DNA of 64,000 nucleotides from Barthelona sp. PCE (Eukaryota): NCBI GenBank assembly GCA_040285745.1, contig JAUFOR010000002.1, positions 1,860,001 to 1,924,000 of the forward strand, read 5' to 3'. Shown piece by piece: positions 61,001 to 64,000 of this stretch (position 1 is its first letter; each line of letters starts with the position of its first letter). The notes under the pieces were generated by a model. It saw only the letters and a program-made list of their open reading frames with translations, ran no database searches and was not told where the DNA came from. The position numbers and the translations under genes were made by a program.

Positions 61001-64000
61001 GTTTGGTATTTGTTCCGTAACTGATAGTGGTATTCTCTACACCAACTACGACTCTGTTTGGGATCTCAACATTCCTCTCAGAATCGAAAACGGTGGTACT
61101 GTTGTTGTTGAAGATCTCGGCAACGATATGCAAACTTCATTCTCCCGTATTGAAGTTCTCACTGGTGGTATTCTGAGGTTACTTTCGAACACAACAATTA
61201 CCAATTCACTCCGTGTGTCTCAATCAACTGTTGAGGTTCAAGGTGTTCTTTACATCGACTCAGCAGCTGACCTACAGGCATTTGCCATAATTTCTGGTAA
61301 CGGTACTTGGATCGCTTCCGGTCCCATGGTTGTCACCAACAACCCTGTTACTCTTGAGCTTCCTCTTAAGGTTATTGACAGCGGTTATCTTGAAATTGGT
61401 GAGTTTGGTCATCTTATTCTCGCAAACAACGCTTCTGTTGACTGTGAACCTGGTGCATTCAGATCATATGGTAAGCTCACCTCAAATTCTCACACGATCG
61501 TTAACAACACATACGAACTATCGGCCCTCACTATTCATGAAGGCACTGTTGTAATCAATGGTAAGATCGATGTATGTCAGTTCAACCTGATTGATGGTAC
61601 AATGACTCTCAATGAAGCAATTCGCGTCACTTGTGGTCTCAGTCTATCTGGTGGTTCTGTTGGTGGTTCTGCTCCTATTTCAGGTCCATTCACTCTGGCT
61701 GTTGATGGTGGCTCAGTTGTTACAATCTCAGTTTACCTTCATCTTGAAGCGGGTGCCGTTGCATATGTTGCTGACGGAACCCTCCGCTGTGTTGAAGGCT
61801 TTAAGCTGACAACCGATAGCGGTGTACAGCTCCTCGTTAACCATACTAATGCACTCGTTACATTTGAAGAACGTGGTGATGGAAACCCTTACGAGGTCGA
61901 TTCCGTTCGTATGACTGCAGGTAAGCTTGACATTAGAGAGGATCTTATCCTCAAGGATGATCTCGAGATTACTGATGGTACAGTCGAGGTTGGAGGTACT
62001 TTCACTGTTCAGGGATCACTTGATGTCATGGGTGGTGATATGTTTGGTGTTGGTACGATAGATATTTCAGGTTCTGTTAATTGTAAGGAATGCGATTTCT
62101 CAGGAAACACATTCTCTATCAACATTGCAGGTGATTTCTTGCTAGACGGTGTTATGATGCTCACCGATGGTCCCACTATTTCTATTGATGGTGGTAACTT
62201 CGAGGCTCGTACTGGTCACGTAAACTCAACAAACGGTAATGCACTCATCGAGGTGCTTTCCGGTGGACATCTTCAGTTATCTGCTTTCACAGATATGTAT
62301 TTCCACGGTGACGCTACTGATGTCATCGAAGTTGAAGGTTTTATTGATATCAACACAATTCGTCGTAACTTTATCGATTGGACTCTTGATTTACGAGGTG
62401 TTGTCGATTGTATTCGTGGTATTAACTACGTTACCAAGGATTCTCACTCAAGAGGTAACTGGACAATTGCGTCCGACTGTACTGTGCGTTTCACAGGAGG
62501 TACTCACCAACTATACAGTGGTGGTATGTTCAGTGGTGCCGGTTCTGTTTACCTTGATTCCGCAACCATGGTTGTTGAAGGTGTAATTGACCTAACAAAC
62601 GCCGCTAATGGTTTCTATATCAAGGGTGGTATTCTTTCCGGTCGTTACGGTATGTCTTGTCCTGGTGTCATTCAGCAGAATGGTGGTACTCTCGAATTCG
62701 AGCAGCTACCTGATGGTGAAGTATACCATATTGGTACTATTGTAATGAGTGAGAGCGGTACGCTGACTACTGAAGAGAACCTTATCATTGATAATGCTCT
62801 CTTTGTTCGTGGTGGTCGTATTGTTGTCGACAAAACACTTGTTGTTAACGGTATCATGGAAGTACGTGGTGGTGAAATCACCAACGGTGGTACAGTCGTT
62901 TGTAACGATGTCCTCAATTGGGACAATGGTACCATCTCTGGTATTGGTACAACCCTTAATATCACTGCTCCATTCAACTTCCAGAACGTTATGTATCTGG
63001 AGGATAAACCAGTGCTCAATATCTTCAGCACTTGGACTTACGGATCAGGTACTATTGTGCCTAGCGGTGAAACTGTTATCAACATCCTAAAGGATGCCAA
63101 TGTTGATTTCCAAGTCAACAGTGCTGCAGCTGTTCTTTCTGGAACAGCCAATATCTTTAATATTTACGGTAACGTCACGCTTCAATCCACCCAGTCTGTC
63201 ATTATTGATTGGTTGTCTAATTTCCATGAGGGATCTAATCTTTTCTGTAACAGTGGTTTGATTGCATTCAATAGTTACGCCGAGTTCGAATCAGATACTG
63301 TGATTGACGTTGACTGTACTGTTCTACTTGAGAATGGTACTTTCGCGATGCAGCAACATGCTGATTTCTCTGGTGCTGGTACACTCGATATCAGTAACGC
63401 TACCTTGGAATTGAACGGTCATCTTGAAATGAGCAACATTTCCAATGGTGTCATTCTTCGTGACAGTAATGCTGATTTCACAATGATTTCCACGCCACGC
63501 GGTTCCATCACTATTAAGTCCGGTACTCTTCAACTTGATAACGGTAACGTCATCTTTGACAACCTGCAAGTAATCGGTGGTGATGTTAAGATGAGCTCTC
63601 ATGGTACCATTGTTACAATCAATGAGTATATGAAGCTCAACGGTGGTACGTATAGCCTTCCTGCCAACTCTCGCCTCATCATCAATGGTGAATTCGATTG
63701 GGTTGGAGACTTCGCCTCCACTGGTCGTGTTGAGATCGGTTCTACTGGTGTTGTCAACATGCTTCATCCTGAGCTGATCTCCCGTGCAGTTGAGAATGAT
63801 GGAACAATTCATCTTCCGCATTCTGGTGTCTACAAGATCGAGGATCTCAACTCGAGAATCTCCACTTCTTCTAGCGGTCGCGTCTTTATCTACAACAACA
63901 CTCGTGTTGAAACGTTTGATATTGATACTTCCCTCGTTGTTGATGGTGAAGTTCTCATCTATGGTGATGTCACACTCAAGAACGTCAAGTTCACAGGTGC
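27974..64000 (+). CDS. Giant secreted/surface beta-strand-repeat (beta-solenoid-like) protein, at least ~12,000 aa, partial at the 3' end, with 11 single-base frame breaks
   Basis: Overlapping ORFs starting at 27974, 37911, 38617, 38801, 41340, 44731, 45417, 51985, 56718, 57490 and 58292, plus an unlisted final frame from ~60895 (YTAGVHSNNDTGHIY...) to 64000 (..YGDVTLKNVKFTG). All share the same Gly/Thr/Val/Ile/Asn repeat style and GGT-dominated Gly codons, have no intergenic gaps, and join in register with one-base corrections. Confidence 0.85.
45013..45201 (+). other. Two tandem EGF-like (tenascin-type) domains within the giant protein
   Basis: CPNRCSGHGACSGINGTCSCNSNSFGSPYENDDC and CMGCGTGRCIEGICQCYGTDAGDRC, each with six cysteines in EGF-like spacing. 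Confidence 0.85.
55138..55692 (+). other. LamG/concanavalin-A-like jelly-roll domain within the giant protein
   Basis: LQLNG...FTFHIRGW...YTLDFG...TITMVWDPVNQKFKVYEFDQLVGQ...FKIG...KLQQVRFYQKPIDYTFIQEL follows the Laminin_G_3-type pattern. Confidence 0.65.

Noticed and set aside
27974-64000. Bacterial contaminant or chimeric join for the giant gene
   Set aside because: It has EGF-like domains, many N-glycosylation sequons and GGT-biased Gly codons like the flanking FKBP gene, and no operon-like spacing. Chimerism cannot be fully excluded without reads.

Overview
This is a very gene-dense, intron-poor eukaryotic (protist) region read in the standard genetic code. Flagellate-type genes and Giardia-like WGTRAA motifs near stop codons suggest a metamonad, which is an inference. 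The first ~25.6 kb holds tightly packed genes: an NPL-FKBP PPIase, a TBC1D5-like RabGAP, a Dbf2/NDR-like kinase, LRRC49, ERCC6/RAD26, DPM1, an ataxin-10-domain protein, a kelch/coiled-coil protein, and several coiled-coil or orphan proteins. Spacers are mostly under 200 bp, some stop codons overlap, and one 39-nt intron is visible. At 25.9-27.4 kb, two same-frame ORFs separated by one TGA look like a mobile-element remnant. Everything from 27,974 to the window end reads as one giant secreted protein of at least ~12,000 aa. It has a signal peptide, Gly-rich beta-strand (beta-solenoid-like) repeats with a ~260-340 aa super-period, an EGF linker followed by a second cap motif, and an inserted LamG-like domain. 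Its frame breaks 11 times (nine +1, two -1) between 38.0 and 60.9 kb, each fixable by one base in a short homopolymer. Consensus error is the leading explanation, but recoding or a real frameshifted allele is not excluded. No rRNA, tRNA or CRISPR array was recognised.
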